From Gonapodya sp. JEL0774 (Eukaryota): 33,521 nucleotides of DNA. Shown piece by piece: positions 12,808 to 26,352 of this stretch. Within the stretch, counting starts at the first letter, position 1; every line of letters begins with the position of its first letter. The notes below the pieces were generated by a model. The model was not told the DNA's origin. It saw only the letters and a program-made list of their open reading frames with translations, and made no database searches. The stretch is from the NCBI GenBank assembly GCA_027604505.1, contig JADIIX010000046.1, positions 124,001 to 157,521 of the forward strand. The letters run 5' to 3'. Both the position numbers and the translations under genes were made by a program.

Positions 12808-15800
12808 CTACTCCCCAACCACAGAATCCACCCAAGCTCTCATGGTTGCAACTTTGCGACTATTGTCCTTCGTTTGTGATATATATTTACCCCTGTTGCC
12901 TGTTGTCCATCTCTGTTGAGCATTGACATCGAGATCCACATGAGTCGGCAGGGAAGAGAAAGGCAGAACATGGACAGGCTGCGCGTTCACTGCTGTGGTG
13001 GGACTCTCCTCCGACAAAAATGAGATTATTTTGGGCAATTCTCGTGACATCTCCGGCACTTGTCCGATCCTGTTTCCTTCCGAGTGTATCCTATCCGCCA
13101 GGTTTTGTAGGCTGCTAGAATCGGTCACGCTCGTACACGAGAAATTTGGAGACAGAGAAAGTTGTTGAAGCCCCGGGGACATCTTTTTTGCATCCGCCAA
13201 CAAGCGCACAACCTCGTGCTCAAATTCAGAGAGTCGATCAATGAGGACGTTTTCTACGGAGTCCAATTGGTGAACCCCTTGTTTGCACATCAGCTCTTGA
13301 GACAGGTCTATTTTCCAGCCTTCCTGATCCATAAGGAACCGCATTTGCTTCTCGATCAAGGCTCGACGCTCAGTTTCATCACTGAGCATGGATTCAGTGT
13401 CTCGCACTTGCTTTTGCAATACCTCCATCGTCCCACGAAGGTGCAAAAGATCGACTTCCATGATGTCCTTTTGTTTTCGAGCCATGCTCACCTGGAGCTC
13501 CAGATCTTTGAGTTGGCTGCCAAAATGGTGGGACTCGGCTTTCGCGTTCAAGACCGCTGAGTTCAGCTCCCCGATACGTCCTTCCTTTGCTCGTAAGTCG
13601 TCTGCGAGGGTCACGATCAGGGCGTCTCTCTGGTGTACTTGCGTGGACAATTCATTGAGCTCTTCTTGAGTCATTTCGAGCTCTGACCGTACTCTTTCCA
13701 ATTCATGCAAGTATCTTTCGTGCTCTCCACGTGTCTCCTCCCGCTCAGCCTCACATGCTGCAAGAGAATCACGAGCCTTATCAAGCTCTAAAGCAAGATC
13801 ATGGGCAAGAATTGAGGTTTCTTCGAGGTTGGACTGAAGTTTCTTTTGAGAGGCTTCCAGTTCGGAGGCTGTTCCACGCCAATGCTCAAGCTCGATGGAA
13901 AGATTTTCAACCTTCGAGGACAGTTCTCCCACCGACGATCGCTCACAGTCGGTTAATAAGGTCAGCTGGCCTTCCATTTCTCGAAGTCTAGCGCGGAGCT
14001 CCAGGTTTTCCTCCTTCGTCACTGCCACATTCACCTCGAGTTCGTGCTCTGCTTTCGCACATCGCTCGGAAAGTTCGGCGACTTGAGACGTCAGAACAAC
14101 TTTATGCGCAGTTACAGTTTCAAGCTGCTCAGACAAGCAGTTAACTTTCTTTTCGAGCCTGACATTGCCTTCGTACAAGTTGTCGAAAGCAGATGAGAGT
14201 TCATCCAGTTTCGCCTCAATCGCTTTCTTCTCCGCCAGGATTTCATTGTATCGTTTCTTCATTTTTGCTTCCATTCTCTGAACCCAGTCAGACGCGTTCA
14301 AGATTTGTTTTTCTCCGAGTTGATTCATACTCTCCAGCTCGCGAACCCTGGCAATTTGCATGTCGAGGTCCCCGACAAGGCGATCATTCTCGAGCTGCAT
14401 TTGATGGCATTTGCTCACCATCTCGACTAACTGAACTTCGCAAACTTCTGTATCAGAGTCGTTAACTACCTCCACTCCGAACAACCGACAAACTTCGCTG
14501 ACGACGAGTAACAGACTGGCCACTTGTCGACCCTTTTTTTCAATGAGAACTTCATTACGAGTGTCACGGTTTCGCATTTTCTCGAAAGCCTGAACGGTTT
14601 TGCGGTTCTCTTCTTGGAGTAAAGCATACTGCGTCTCCAGTGATCGAAGTGTATTGAGTCCACTTATTTGCGATGATCGAGCATGATCCATCTCCTCGAT
14701 CTGTTGTCGAAGTCTTTCAATATCAAGCGTCAATGCTTCTTTCTCAAGCTTAAATTCCGAGATCGCCTCGTTGGATCTAGCAGCGGCTTCTGAGAGATTC
14801 CTAGTGAGAACATCCACCTCAGAGCGAAGATCAGTAATGATTCGATCCTTCTCGCGCGACTGAGCATCTCCATGACCCGTTGACTGTCTCAATATTTCAA
14901 TCTCTTGCTCAAGTTTGGTTTGAATTTGAGCCGAAAGACTTTCTGTGGCAGCCAGTTGACCACTCAGGTTTGCTATCTGCTCCTTGAGACTACCTTCCCG
15001 ATCCTTGCAACCTTCATATTCCCTTTGCAAAGCAGAAAGTTGGAGTTGCGTAGTTTCAAGAGTAGTGCCAACTGATGAGATATGAAATTCGAGCTCTCTA
15101 CGGGCGGCTTCTGCGATTTTCTGATCGGCCACACATTTTGACATATCTTCCAATGTACGCTCCTTGTCAAGCACGGTCTGCTTCAGCCACTCATTCTCTC
15201 TAAGGGAAGATTCGATTTGAGCGGCCTGCAGTTGTAACTGGGACTTGTACTGACTGTTCGCCTTTGCATGTTCTCGAATATCCACTTCATTTGAAGCGAT
15301 CAGTCTGTTGCGCTCTTCAAGCTTCGCCTCCAACTCCGAAAGCATGCGATGGAAGTCATTCCTAGTAGTCTCAGAAAAAGTCTTCGCGGAAGCTAGCTCC
15401 CCGCGCAAGCGACCCAGCTCCTCCATTTGTTTGGCAACGGTCCCATCTCGTGCCTTCAACGCGGTTTGTGTCTCACTAAGCGCAACCTTGAGGCCATCCA
15501 ATGCCTGTTGAGTTGATAACTTAACAACGCTTATTTCTCGACTCAAGAACGTCGATTCGCTGGACTTTTCGCTTTCAAGTTGTGCGATCCTGTGATCTTT
15601 TAAGTTGCTTTCTTGCTTCATTCGATCTATTGTCGATTTCAATTCCACAACTGCTGTTTCCATTGTTGATCTCGATTCGTAAAGTTCCTTTTCAAAAGAG
15701 TGCCTGAGCTCCAATTTTTCGCTATCGTGCCTGGCTTCAGCCATCCGCAGCTGAAATTGAGCATCCGTAAGGGCTTTATCTTTCACTACCAAGGCGGTGG

Positions 15801-18800
15801 ACAGTTGGCTACGAGTTTCTTGCTCATTTCGATTGAGGGCATCTTCCGCCTCTCTCAAACGAGTTTTTGTCTCCTCAAGTGCCCGTCGTGCCTGCTCACT
15901 CTCGCCCACGAGTTTCATCTTCTCGTCATACAAGGAAAGCTTTTCGGCGTGGAGAGATTTGTTTCTGGATTCCAACTCTGCAATTGTCCGTTGTAGATTC
16001 TGTACAGACTCTTCTGACTCCTGAAGGTGACTTGTGAGATCAGTAACCTTTTTCTTCGCCTCCTCGATGGCGAGGGCACTTTTCTTACCACCCCATGAAG
16101 AAGGAAGAAGAGCAGACAAGGGTCTCGTACTAACCACTGGCGGAGAATCCTCCGACACTTGAGGCGAAATCGAGGGAGACCGACTTCCTCGTGTCCTGCT
16201 GTCGAGTTCATCTTCCTCGCTCTCACTTGCGGGTATCATGACACTCGAGCTTCCTGTTGCCAAACTCAAGCGATGCCGAAATGGAGATTCAGTTCGATTC
16301 TGGAGATCCATCTCGAGTAGTTTTCGAGCTTCCAGGAACGGTTTGCGAGTGATATTTGTATTCGATGGGGACGTGTATTTGTCCACCCAAGCTGTTTTGA
16401 CGCCTTTCGATGAAAGCACCAGGAGGACAACTTCAGAACTTTTGCGGTTCGCCGGCGGAGGGAAGGTGACCTCCACCATATTTGCGTAATCTCGAAAAGA
16501 GATACAGAGGGTTAGTTCTAAGCTCAATGCGACCGCGATTAGAAAGTTTCGAGTAACAAGCAGACCTCACCTCCCTCATCGGCCACATCTACAATGGTGA
16601 GAACATCTAATGGCACTCGGAATATGGTCTGGTACTTGTCACGCCAATCTTTCTTTGCCAGGAGAACACAGTTGTTAAAAAGGAGCAAAAGGCGCTGTTT
16701 TCTCTCATCGTTCTGGATGGATTTGATTTGTGTTACTTCGTCTTCACGGATGAGATAGCTTAGAGGCGATGGAGGGAGTTTCTGTCGCAAAATGAGGCAA
16801 CGTAGTCGTATTTTTTCGCAACTCCAATCGCATGCCATTACTTCTCACATCAGCAAAGTCCGACTGCAACTGCTCTACCCGTCGCTCAGAATCTGCGCGA
16901 CGAGTTGCTTCATTCACTTCATTCAATGTGATTTCAACTTGCTCGACTGCTTGTGTGAGATACTTGAAGTCTGCATTCAAATCGTTCGTATACTTCAAGA
17001 TCTCCTGTGAACGTACGAACACAAAGAGATTGATTTCAATAGCGGCTGACAGCAAACAAATAAAGTGCCAATTCACACCTTCAACAGCAAGGGATACTTG
17101 CAAATTCTCTGCATCGGCTTGATCAAATAGCTTTCGAAGTTCAGTGAGCGCACGATGGGCATCTTGGCAGTTTCATCCAGGAATTGACGAAACGACTTAA
17201 CGCTTTTCTGTGCATTCTCCAGCTTGGTCATTCTCACTGAATAGCTTGCGCAGTACGAACTGTAAATAGAACACAATTGACCCTTGTTCACAGGACAAAA
17301 TTCGTCCTCAACACCACATACACACTCTTCACCACGAATCTGGTGTAACACTCACCATTCTTAGGAAACTATCACCAACCGAGATAACAACGGGGTTCGC
17401 TTTACGTTTCTCGGCAAAAAGACGAAGCATCGTCCGGCTAGCGTTCAAAATTTCCTCAAGATTGCCGAAAAGTGAGTCTATTCCCTTAGTCCCAATAATC
17501 TTTTTATCTCTCAACGGTTTACGATAAATCTGTGAATGCAACGAATCACCTCTTGCGAATCAATATCCAGAGGCGCACTGAACTCTCATCTCACCTCGTA
17601 CAATATCCATAAATCCTTGAGGTAGTCTCTCTCTGTAATAAACAGCTCCCATATTGCGGCCTGCCTCTTCTGTTCGGTCACATTTAGTCCCGCCACAACC
17701 TCCATCGATAGCCCATCCAACCACTTTCCCGTCGTCGGCCAAAAGTTCAGTTCCTGTGCCGCCTGGATTGAAATAAACGAGATTACGTCCACATCCACTC
17801 TGCTAGTCCCGAATCCAACAACCACCGGCCTGCTCGGTGCCGACGCACTGCGTGACACGCGCGAGAAAGTCGTACCAAATCCCTGCCGCCGAGCGGTACC
17901 GGGAGACGCTGAAGACATCGACACGATGTCCTCGCCACTAAAAGTCGAACTTTCAAGTGGTACCGCCGTCCCCGCATCACTGGTTTTGTACACACTCCCT
18001 TCTGAACCCAGCAACACTCGCGAGTTTCCGCCTGATTTGGGATTCTCTACCACCGTCGGCATCATCTTGAGCGCTTTGCCGGAAGGTGTTGGACTGGTCC
18101 CCCCATCGGAGGAGCTGCTGTTTCCGCTTTCCAAAGAGTCCTCCTCTTCCCTCGCTGATGGTGCTGACACAGCCCTCTTCCTCCTCCCCCACGTTCCCTT
18201 TACCACACTGTTGTTCCCATCCGACAACGGGTCCTTGTCTTTCTCCGTATTGCCACAACCCGATACCGCCGAAGACCCCGACGACCCGCTCCCATTAGAC
18301 CCGTTCCCACCGGGTAAGCTTCCACCACCCGACCCACCCGACTTGCGCCTCTCAGAAAGCTTCCTAAACCATGAAACCTTGGGACTCCTCGCCACGGCCG
18401 ATGAATCACCAGAATCCGGAGTCGCTGCACCCGACGATCCATCGTCAGCCTCCTGCGGATCTGCTCCCCCTTCCTGGTTCCTATTCTCCTCCTCCCTAAA
18501 ACATTTCGTACACACCGCTGGAAACCAGCCCACCGTCTGCGCCTTCCCTGTTCCCTGTATTGCCTTCCACCACCCTCCTTCGGGACACTCGGTTGCCACG
18601 AGCGTTTCGCCAGTATGTATGGTAAGTTCGTCGGCTTTGGTGGCGGAAAACGAGAAACATGTGACCAGTATCGTGCCTGGCGGTACTGGCGTAGGTTCGT
18701 TTGAGAGTGACTCGGGTTCTGTGTCGTCCACCACCTTCGCATCCCCCACATCTGTCCCAGTAACTGCTCCTACACGACGCCCAGGATACCTCTCGTCCGA

Positions 18801-21693
18801 CTCCACTACATCTCCCACATAGAGCACATGTTCTGAATCCGGAAGTCTTGGGAGTGAGGTGGTTATGCGGAGGGCGGTGCCGGTGTCCAGTGGGGGGAAA
18901 TAAGAGGAGGAAACGGAAGGGTACTTCGCCGGTAGTGGCATGAGATCATCGTGAATCGCCGCCGATGAGCATGCAGAGGGAGGTTGGGAGGGTGGTGTGG
19001 TGACGACGCCTTCTCCACCGCTGATAGGACATTCCATCGATCCCTCCCTTGAGTCATGCGCTTCTTTCCACCCATTCCGCGTAATATTGTACGACGAGTA
19101 CGCTTTTACTCTCTCCGCTTCCCAATGCGGGTCTGGAGGGATGTGCATGGACCAGAACCTGTCCTGAGCTGGGTCTGCGTAGGAGTAGCTGTTGGCAGGT
19201 TCGTTAACGAATGGAGGAAAGGCAGTAGGGGGAGGCCCAGGCGTGGACGCAAGAGATACGTGAGCCTGATTGAGTGTGGATATCACTGAGGACGCCTGGG
19301 AGGTAAGTTGAGGGGGAGTCGGCGAGCGAGACTCGGAGGATGATGGTAACGTCGACAGACAAGTCGCCGGGACTTCCATCACACCACTCCAGGCCTCCAA
19401 GGTCTCCATTGTGCCCTCAATCACGCACATTGTTCCCGTTTCCGTCCTCGGTTCAATTTCCACTCTGGGTGTCGTCGCACTATGTAGATTTGTGTCCTGG
19501 ACAGACAGGCCGGGTTGCATTGATGCATACGTCGGATTGTGAGTAGATTGGAGTGTAGAGCTTGCTGTGTGGAAACACGGGGTCGGGGTTGGGATTCGAA
19601 ACAAAGTGGGTTGATCAAACAAACTCACATCCTCGCAACTCCACACCTAGTGCATGCCTCCCATCTGTAACGACCCCACCCGCATCCTGTTTTAGCTGCG
19701 GAAGTCCCACCGAATCGACTCCCTCTCCCACAAGCAACCCAGTGAAATCATCCAGATTATCGTCGACACCCCTCGTTCGCCTATCACCGGACCGGTCACT
19801 GCGCTCGTCCTGGTCGTCATAGCTCGGATCAATTTCCAGCGGGGGGTCGATCGACATCTCGTGGGCACCGGCCCCACTGGTGCAGTCCTTCACCACACTC
19901 TCACCTCCACCAGAACTGGACACATGAGGAGGGACGAATAGCGGTGGCAGCACCGGTTCTGTCGCCTGTTCGTTTACAACGCCAATACAATCCCCGAGCC
20001 GGCCCATCGGGATTAGGTTCGAGTCCGGATCCAAGTTGGGGAGGTATTCCATGACAATGTGTGTGTGAACGGTTGGCGGATATGTCCAAATATCAGCGGG
20101 AGTCGTGTCGTGTCTGGTTTCAGGACCCAGCAGGTTGCGGTACGAGGTTGAGGCCTCGATGGACCGAGGAGTGGAGGTCGGTTGGTTGTGCGATGGTACT
20201 AACGGTGAGGGTGACGGTGAGGGCAGTGGCAAATCGTTAAACGAGCATTCTGATGGGGGAGTGGACGCAGGTGCCTTGGGTGGTTCTCTGCCGAGATGGG
20301 GATTCGAGGTCGGAATAGGTTCGTGGTAAGGTAGGACCTCAACTCGTACAGTAACTTGCGATTCTAGAGTGACCGTCTTGCTCGCGTCTGTACTTGTCCT
20401 TGGCTCTCCCATCGCAAGTCCAACGATCCGATGTGGTTGAAGATCCATGGGATCGTCGGAAACCACTCCGGACTGGGCCATGGTCTCGGACTCAGGCCCG
20501 TCGTGGATGTTACGTGCGAGATCCATTTCGTGGTTGGTTTTGCTTGCGTTCGCGGCAGCGCTTTCGCTTTCATTTTCTGATTCGAATTTGTGATTGAGTG
20601 GGTGTTCTCCGCTTTTGTCACCTCTCTCGTGTTCATAATCCTCATCGCCGTCCTCGTCCTCGTCTTCCTCGACCACTTGAGAGTATATGAGATCATCATC
20701 TGTGTCGGTCTCCACAGGTTCGAGGGCAGAATGAGTGTCGGTGTTTGAGTTTGGTTCCGCACTAGGATGTGAGATAGCGGTATCTCCACTGGCACCAGCA
20801 GTGGCACAAACGTCATCAAAGTGAACACCATCTTCACTTCCACCAGAGCTAAAATGCGTGGTATAGGTAACTAAGGGTGAACTGGGAGTCGGTGTGAGGC
20901 CAGGTTTGAAGTCGAGGGGGTCAAGGGTGAACGAAGACGGGAGAGAGGGAGGAGGGGAGGAGAAAGAGACGTGTTCGTGGTCCAGGTCTAAATCCAAGTC
21001 TGACTCTGAAAGTGGGTCTGCAAAAGAAGGGGTGTCGGAGGGAGAAGGTGACCGTGCTGGTGAACTGGAATGCCGAGAGTGAGGGTGGGAAGGATGGGTG
21101 GGAGACGGCACAGGTGTAACGACCGATGAGCGAGAAGATGAAGACGAGCGCGAGAGCATGCGGGACCAGATTGCTTTCTTCTTGGATTTTGTTTGGGAAG
21201 GGGAAACAGGTGAGGAGGGCGACGGGGGAGGAGGGGAGATGTCACGGGAGGTGGAGCGGGATCGAAATCGGGAGAGAGACAGAGACGAGGGCAAGAGAGC
21301 GCGGAGAGAGTGGGAGAGGGAATGGCGCGAGGAGGCGAGGGGCGTGGGAGTGGTAGGAGTGCCTGCGACGGGGGTAGAAGGAGAGCGCGGGAGTCTGTCG
21401 CCCTCGGATCGCGAGCGTATGTGGGCGGAGTGCGCGCGCAGAGTGTGCGTATGTGTCTGCGTCTGGGAATGCGGAGGTGTGGATGTCTGTCGCGAGTGCC
21501 GGGAATGTCTCCCACTGCTCCCGACTCCTCCAACTCCTCCCGCTGGATCGCTGTCCCTGTCACGCTCCCTGTCTCCTGTGTCCTTCTCTCTGTCTTCGTC
21601 TCCGTCATCTCCGTTGTCCTCTCTCTTCCCCTGCTCTTCCTGTTCTTCCTGCCCAGATCGCTTCCTCCCCTTCTTCTTCACTCCAAACACCAT
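12808..21693 (-). CDS. Large Dbl-family RhoGEF: disordered N-terminus, SH3, DH-PH, then a very long coiled coil (~2,820 aa, 7 exons)
   Basis: Exons 21693-19629, 19564-17595, 17529-17356, 17282-17079, 17004-16849, 16781-16571 and 16490-12808 total 8463 nt (2821 codons), all phase-compatible. SH3: FSATKADELTI...GGWW...GWFP (~18500-18675). DH: KRQAAIWELFITERDYLKDL...LFGNLEEIL...SYLIKPMQRICKYPLLL. PH: RLLLLFNNCVLLAKK...KTAWVDKY. The tail is heptad-rich in E/L/K/Q. Confidence 0.85.
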
Positions 21694-22017
21694 CCCCGTA
21701 GATTCAAACCCAATTCTGCAATGGATCGGTACTTTCAGACTCCTATCGTGTCGCGCAGGTGTTGGTGTCAATTGCAGGCACGAGGGTATGTGCTCAGGAA
21801 CAACATAATGATGTGATGCAGTTGTGGATCATAATATCGCCCCTAAGCTAAACTCGAGTTATTTACAAGAAAGGAGTAGACTGCAATCCTATCAGCATTT
21901 GTAGACTGTTGACTTAGTCTGCCCACACCATGCCATCCTCATCCCCCCTCGGGAAGCACGAAGCGCAACACCATTAGGCAGAGCAAGTAAATCGCGTCAT
22001 CCATCACTGATTGATTA

Positions 22018-25000
22018 TCAATCCACAATATCGTCTTCCACCAAAAACGTTATTTCGCCCCCTTTGATCCTCTCCCCACCACTCAACCACTCCCCCGATA
22101 CGTGGTGTCTTTCCCCCCCCAACCGCAAATTTTCCATCATGTCCGTCTCAAAACTAATGTCAGTTTCCGCGATGGCGTCTGGCTTGCGCGCGTTGGTGGA
22201 AAAAGTCGCGAGTCGGCGCAGGAGTGGAATGAGTGCTTTGAGGACACATGAAGTAGATTCCAAGATGAACCATTCTGCACAAAGCGCCCGTCGAAGAAGC
22301 ATACAAGACCACACTGAAAACACTCACTTTTTGAAAGACCTGACTCCAGAACAAGTGGGGCGCGGGCGCGCCTCTCGCCAAATCTTCCAGGCGCATCGCT
22401 TCCACTTTTGAGGACTGATTTGAGAGCAGGAAGGATCTCAAGTTTGAAGTCGTTCCGAGAGAAACTCACTTCGTAACCGTTGGGAAGTGCACGGCAAAAG
22501 ATTCGTGAAAGGACACGAAATAAGTATGTCTGTCAAACCATTGAGCCCAACCAACCAGTAACTCACCTCCCGCCTCCGAACGCATCCAGCTCTCTTGACA
22601 CGTCCTCATGACTGCTTCAACCTGCTCGTCATTCTCCCTCGCCTCCCTTGTCGCCCGATAGGACTCCGGCATGTAAATCTGTCTCATCCCACCGCCAGCC
22701 TTCTCCCCGCCAACCGGATATGCGTACAGTATCCCTCTGCTCGCCACCATTGTTGCGTACGGTCCCATTGTATCGTCGGTACTCCAAGTACGGATCAAAA
22801 GGTCTGCATCGGAAAGACAGTCCGCGGCGTCCGAGATGCCATCCACGTCAGAAAAAAACGGAAGGTAGTTTTGATGTAGGCAAGATACCAGGTGGTGCGG
22901 ATCCACGTGCGTTGATTCGAGCACGTCGTCCGGGTTGTACTTCAGAGGTACGGGACGGTCGAGGTGGGACATGTGAGGTGGGAGCGGAGTCGGGGTTTGT
23001 GTGAGAAGAAAAGAAGGGGCAAGAGATGCGACGGTTTGAGATGCTGGGGTTTGTCCTTCTTCGCCTGGATTTAAGGATGAAGTGATTCCAGATACTTGGA
23101 AAGGAGGACGAAGAAGCTCTCCGATGCGAAACCAGCTCACCCACGTTTGTTATGAAGAATCTTGCCTAAAGCGTGAAACATGAACAGTGTACTCTCCCTG
23201 CCGAAACCGATGCCGCCCGGCCTGGCGATGTTCAAACGATCAAATGGAAACTATCACATAATCGGCACACCAAAGCACACTCTCCCGCTTGACCACCGCA
23301 CTCACATGGCCGCTTTTGCCATTCTCACCCTGTCCTTCATGGTGCCCTTTTTCTTCCCCTTCCCTCCGGCAAACCCCCGCCCCTTGGCCCTCCCCACACC
23401 CCAAAACTGCATCGCACCCACCGCACTTCGCACATCACCACCACACCCGTCGGCAAGCACCTCAAGCACTGCAGTGTCCACGTCAAGTCCCTCTTGCGTT
23501 GCGATCCGCTCGAGCGCCTTCACAACAAACGTCGGCGCCACCGATTTGAACTCAATCTCCGCAAAACTTTCCCGCCCGTACCGTCCAGATCTCACATCGG
23601 CCGGCACGACACTTTTGTGCGTGAAGGCACCACCGAGCTTGGCTCCAGCTCCACGTCTACCTTGCTCTTCGAGAAAGTCCCCGCCCGGATTCGACGTGAC
23701 AATGACAATCGGGTTCCTGGAGCGCGGGGAGCTGACGTATGATGTGAGAGCGGCATGAAACGCAGTTCGGACCGTAGGGTGCGAGAGGTTTGGGAGGTCG
23801 TCAAGAAGGATAACACGGGGGTGGCTGGATGATCGGTGTGGGTCCAGTGCAAGTGCGGGTGCGAGACCGCCGCCACCATCGTCGTCCACAGGTCCAATCC
23901 TTCCATCCACAAACGCTAACGCTGGGTACTTGTCCGCCTGTCTCAAGAACTCCACAAACTTGCTGGTCGCTGTCCTATTGAAATCGTCCGGCGACCACCA
24001 CTGAGGCCTCCACCGCGCGCCCACGTCCCCGTCATTTTCCTGAGCGCGTGATTCAAATGATGCATCATCCACACCCGTGACCCATTCGACGAGCTCAATA
24101 TCCAGGGAACGAGCGAGGACACGGACGGTGGTGGATTTGCCCCCGCCGGAAGGGCCGTGAAGGAGAAGGATGCGGGGCTTGGGTTCCACAGATGTCCCAA
24201 TTTTGGGTAGGTGTGAGACACACTGAAGGCGATGATGAGGTGGGACACCGGTTCGCTCACCTTGCCCCCACCTTGGATGGCTCTCTGAAGCCACTCTTTA
24301 ACTTCGGCTACCTTCTTCTTCCCCGTAGCCAGATCAACTTCACATGATGGCTCGTATTTGTCGTACCAAAGGACTCCTGGACCTTTCGCAGAAACCAATA
24401 CCAAGGGTCAGCCTCTCTCTCTTGCAACAGCTCTCACCATCTGAAAGCGATATTTTCACGCAAAAATTCTCTCACCGTTTACAGGTAAGGAAGCATTCGA
24501 GCCGAGTACCTCAGCGGTCTGTTTTGCACCGTCCTTGTCCCTCTCCGCCTTGCTTGATTGGCTCGCATACGCGTTGAACCACTCGCCGAGAGGCCGGTGG
24601 CGAGCCGGAGGAACGAAAACACCATTTCTCGTGCCCATTGCCGCGCTGGATGAGTAGATGGATGTTGCTGCTTCTCGAGTTTGGCTGTGAGGCTGTGAGA
24701 ATGAGGACATTGATGTACTCGTCGCAGGAGCGGCGGAGGAGAGGGCGTCGATTTCAGCGAAGTCGATATCATCAAGCTCATCATCGAGGATCACATAGGC
24801 TGCATCGTCGGGATCCGAGAGGAATTCCGGGGCGGTTGTGGTGGGCACATCAGAAACGAAGAAAGGCGACGGAACTTCGTTGAGATGGGTAAAAGGGCGT
24901 TGAAGTGATGTTGGTTGGGTCGCAGAGTTATGGGATGACTGATGATGGTGATTTTGATTTTCTCCACACGGTGGTTGTTTGTAGGGTGGTGGTGGAGGAG

Positions 25001-25735
25001 GGGGTGCGGCAGAGGGGTTGGGCGGGGAACACGTGCGTGGGCGAGGTGCGGTGACGGGGGTATCGTCCATATCGGATGAGGAATCAATAGCTTCAGTGGG
25101 TGGTGTCAGTGCGCGGGGAGGTGGTGGTGCTGGTAAGGAGGTGAGAATGTCAACTCATGGTAACTCGCTCGCAGGATTGGTGCTCTACGGACAGGCGCCG
25201 ATGGGCTTTACGACCAGAGCATCCAAGCGACAGTACATCAAGCAGTAGAAGAGTCCACAGAGTCGGCACCACGGGGTAGCACTGTTCGTGTATGGAATGG
25301 TATACGTTCCTCCATTCTACAAATTGTTACTCACTCTTGACCTTGGCCTTGAGCTTCTTCGCCCCGACAATTTTCTTATTGCCCCTTTTGCTCTTCATTG
25401 TCGGAGTTTTTTTGTCCTCCATTGCGTCCACGTCAATCGCAGATCCCACGTCGTCCTCCTTGGTGTTCCCATCCCCGTCAGAATCCGAGTCTATGACGAG
25501 GGCCTTCCTCTTGAGACGGCTCTGCTTTGCGGTTTGCAGCTTCAATCTTCCCGTTCGAGGTGGAGGCTCTGGAGGCGAAGTCGGGATGCGTGGGAACGGA
25601 AGTGTGGTTTGAGTAGCGGGATTCTTCGAGGGCTGTCGAGTTGCCCATCCCAACGATTCGGCAGAGCGAAGCCAGGAAACTGATTAAGTTCTTCTGAATT
25701 CACTCCAAAGTGGTCTGAAACTCACCATTTCTCAT
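22018..25735 (-). CDS. RAD17: Checkpoint clamp loader subunit Rad17 (Rad24-like AAA+ ATPase)
   Basis: Motifs: LWYDKYEP...KKKVAEVKEWL, Walker A GPSGGGKST, ILLDDLPN, GDVRSAVGAMQF, GRESTLFMFHALGKILHNKR, LHQNYL, LSDADLL and the acidic end EDDIVD-stop (22018). The N-terminal exons (25735-25726, 25679-25335, 25129-~24476) and the exon junctions near 22.2-22.5 kb are less certain. Confidence 0.9.
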
Positions 25736-26352
25736 CGAATCTGTCCAGAATTTCGATGTTTCGGGCTGTCAGCTTGGAACAGCTTTGGACACCGCACTGC
25801 CGCACCTTCACCTATTTGCAAACAATTATCCCCGAGCCCACTTTAAAATCCTAATCCTCTTTGCCTCTTTTAATAAACAGGCTTGGATATCCCGAGTCCT
25901 GTAATCCCATCACCCGAAACCTTTCGATGGAACAAACCACCCAAATCTCCTAAAATTTTACAGATGTAGAATATGAAAGGCATAAATTACATTGCAGCCA
26001 TCGTAAAAGAATTTTAGGTGTCAGTTTTGAGGTTCCTGGTACTAGTGGCTAAATTCTAGTGATTCCAGACCCTGTTGAAGAGCTTCAGACAATAAACTTT
26101 AAACTGCTGACCTCTAGGACAGGTTGCATAGGTTTGTCTGGTTGAAAAAGCTTGGTGTGTTGTGGATGTCACATGAGTTCCAACAGCCGCAAACACAGCC
26201 TTTGCGTTGTTGATGTTTTGTAGTTGTTGTCTTTTGCAGAGCAGCCAACAAGAACTTACTGATTTGTGAGGCCCCGGCACAGTCTTCACCGTTTCAAGCT
26301 CGGTATTTTGTTCCCCCGGATTCAAACCAGAATCCATGGATCTCCGTCCTTT
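25736..26352. promoter_or_regulatory. Putative divergent promoter region between RAD17 and mitochondrial AspRS
   Basis: AT-rich spacer between head-to-head genes. Inferred from geometry only. Confidence 0.4.

Noticed and set aside
20010..20032. GGTTCGAGTCC T-loop-like motif suggesting a tRNA
   Set aside because: It lies inside a RhoGEF coding exon with no cloverleaf around it.
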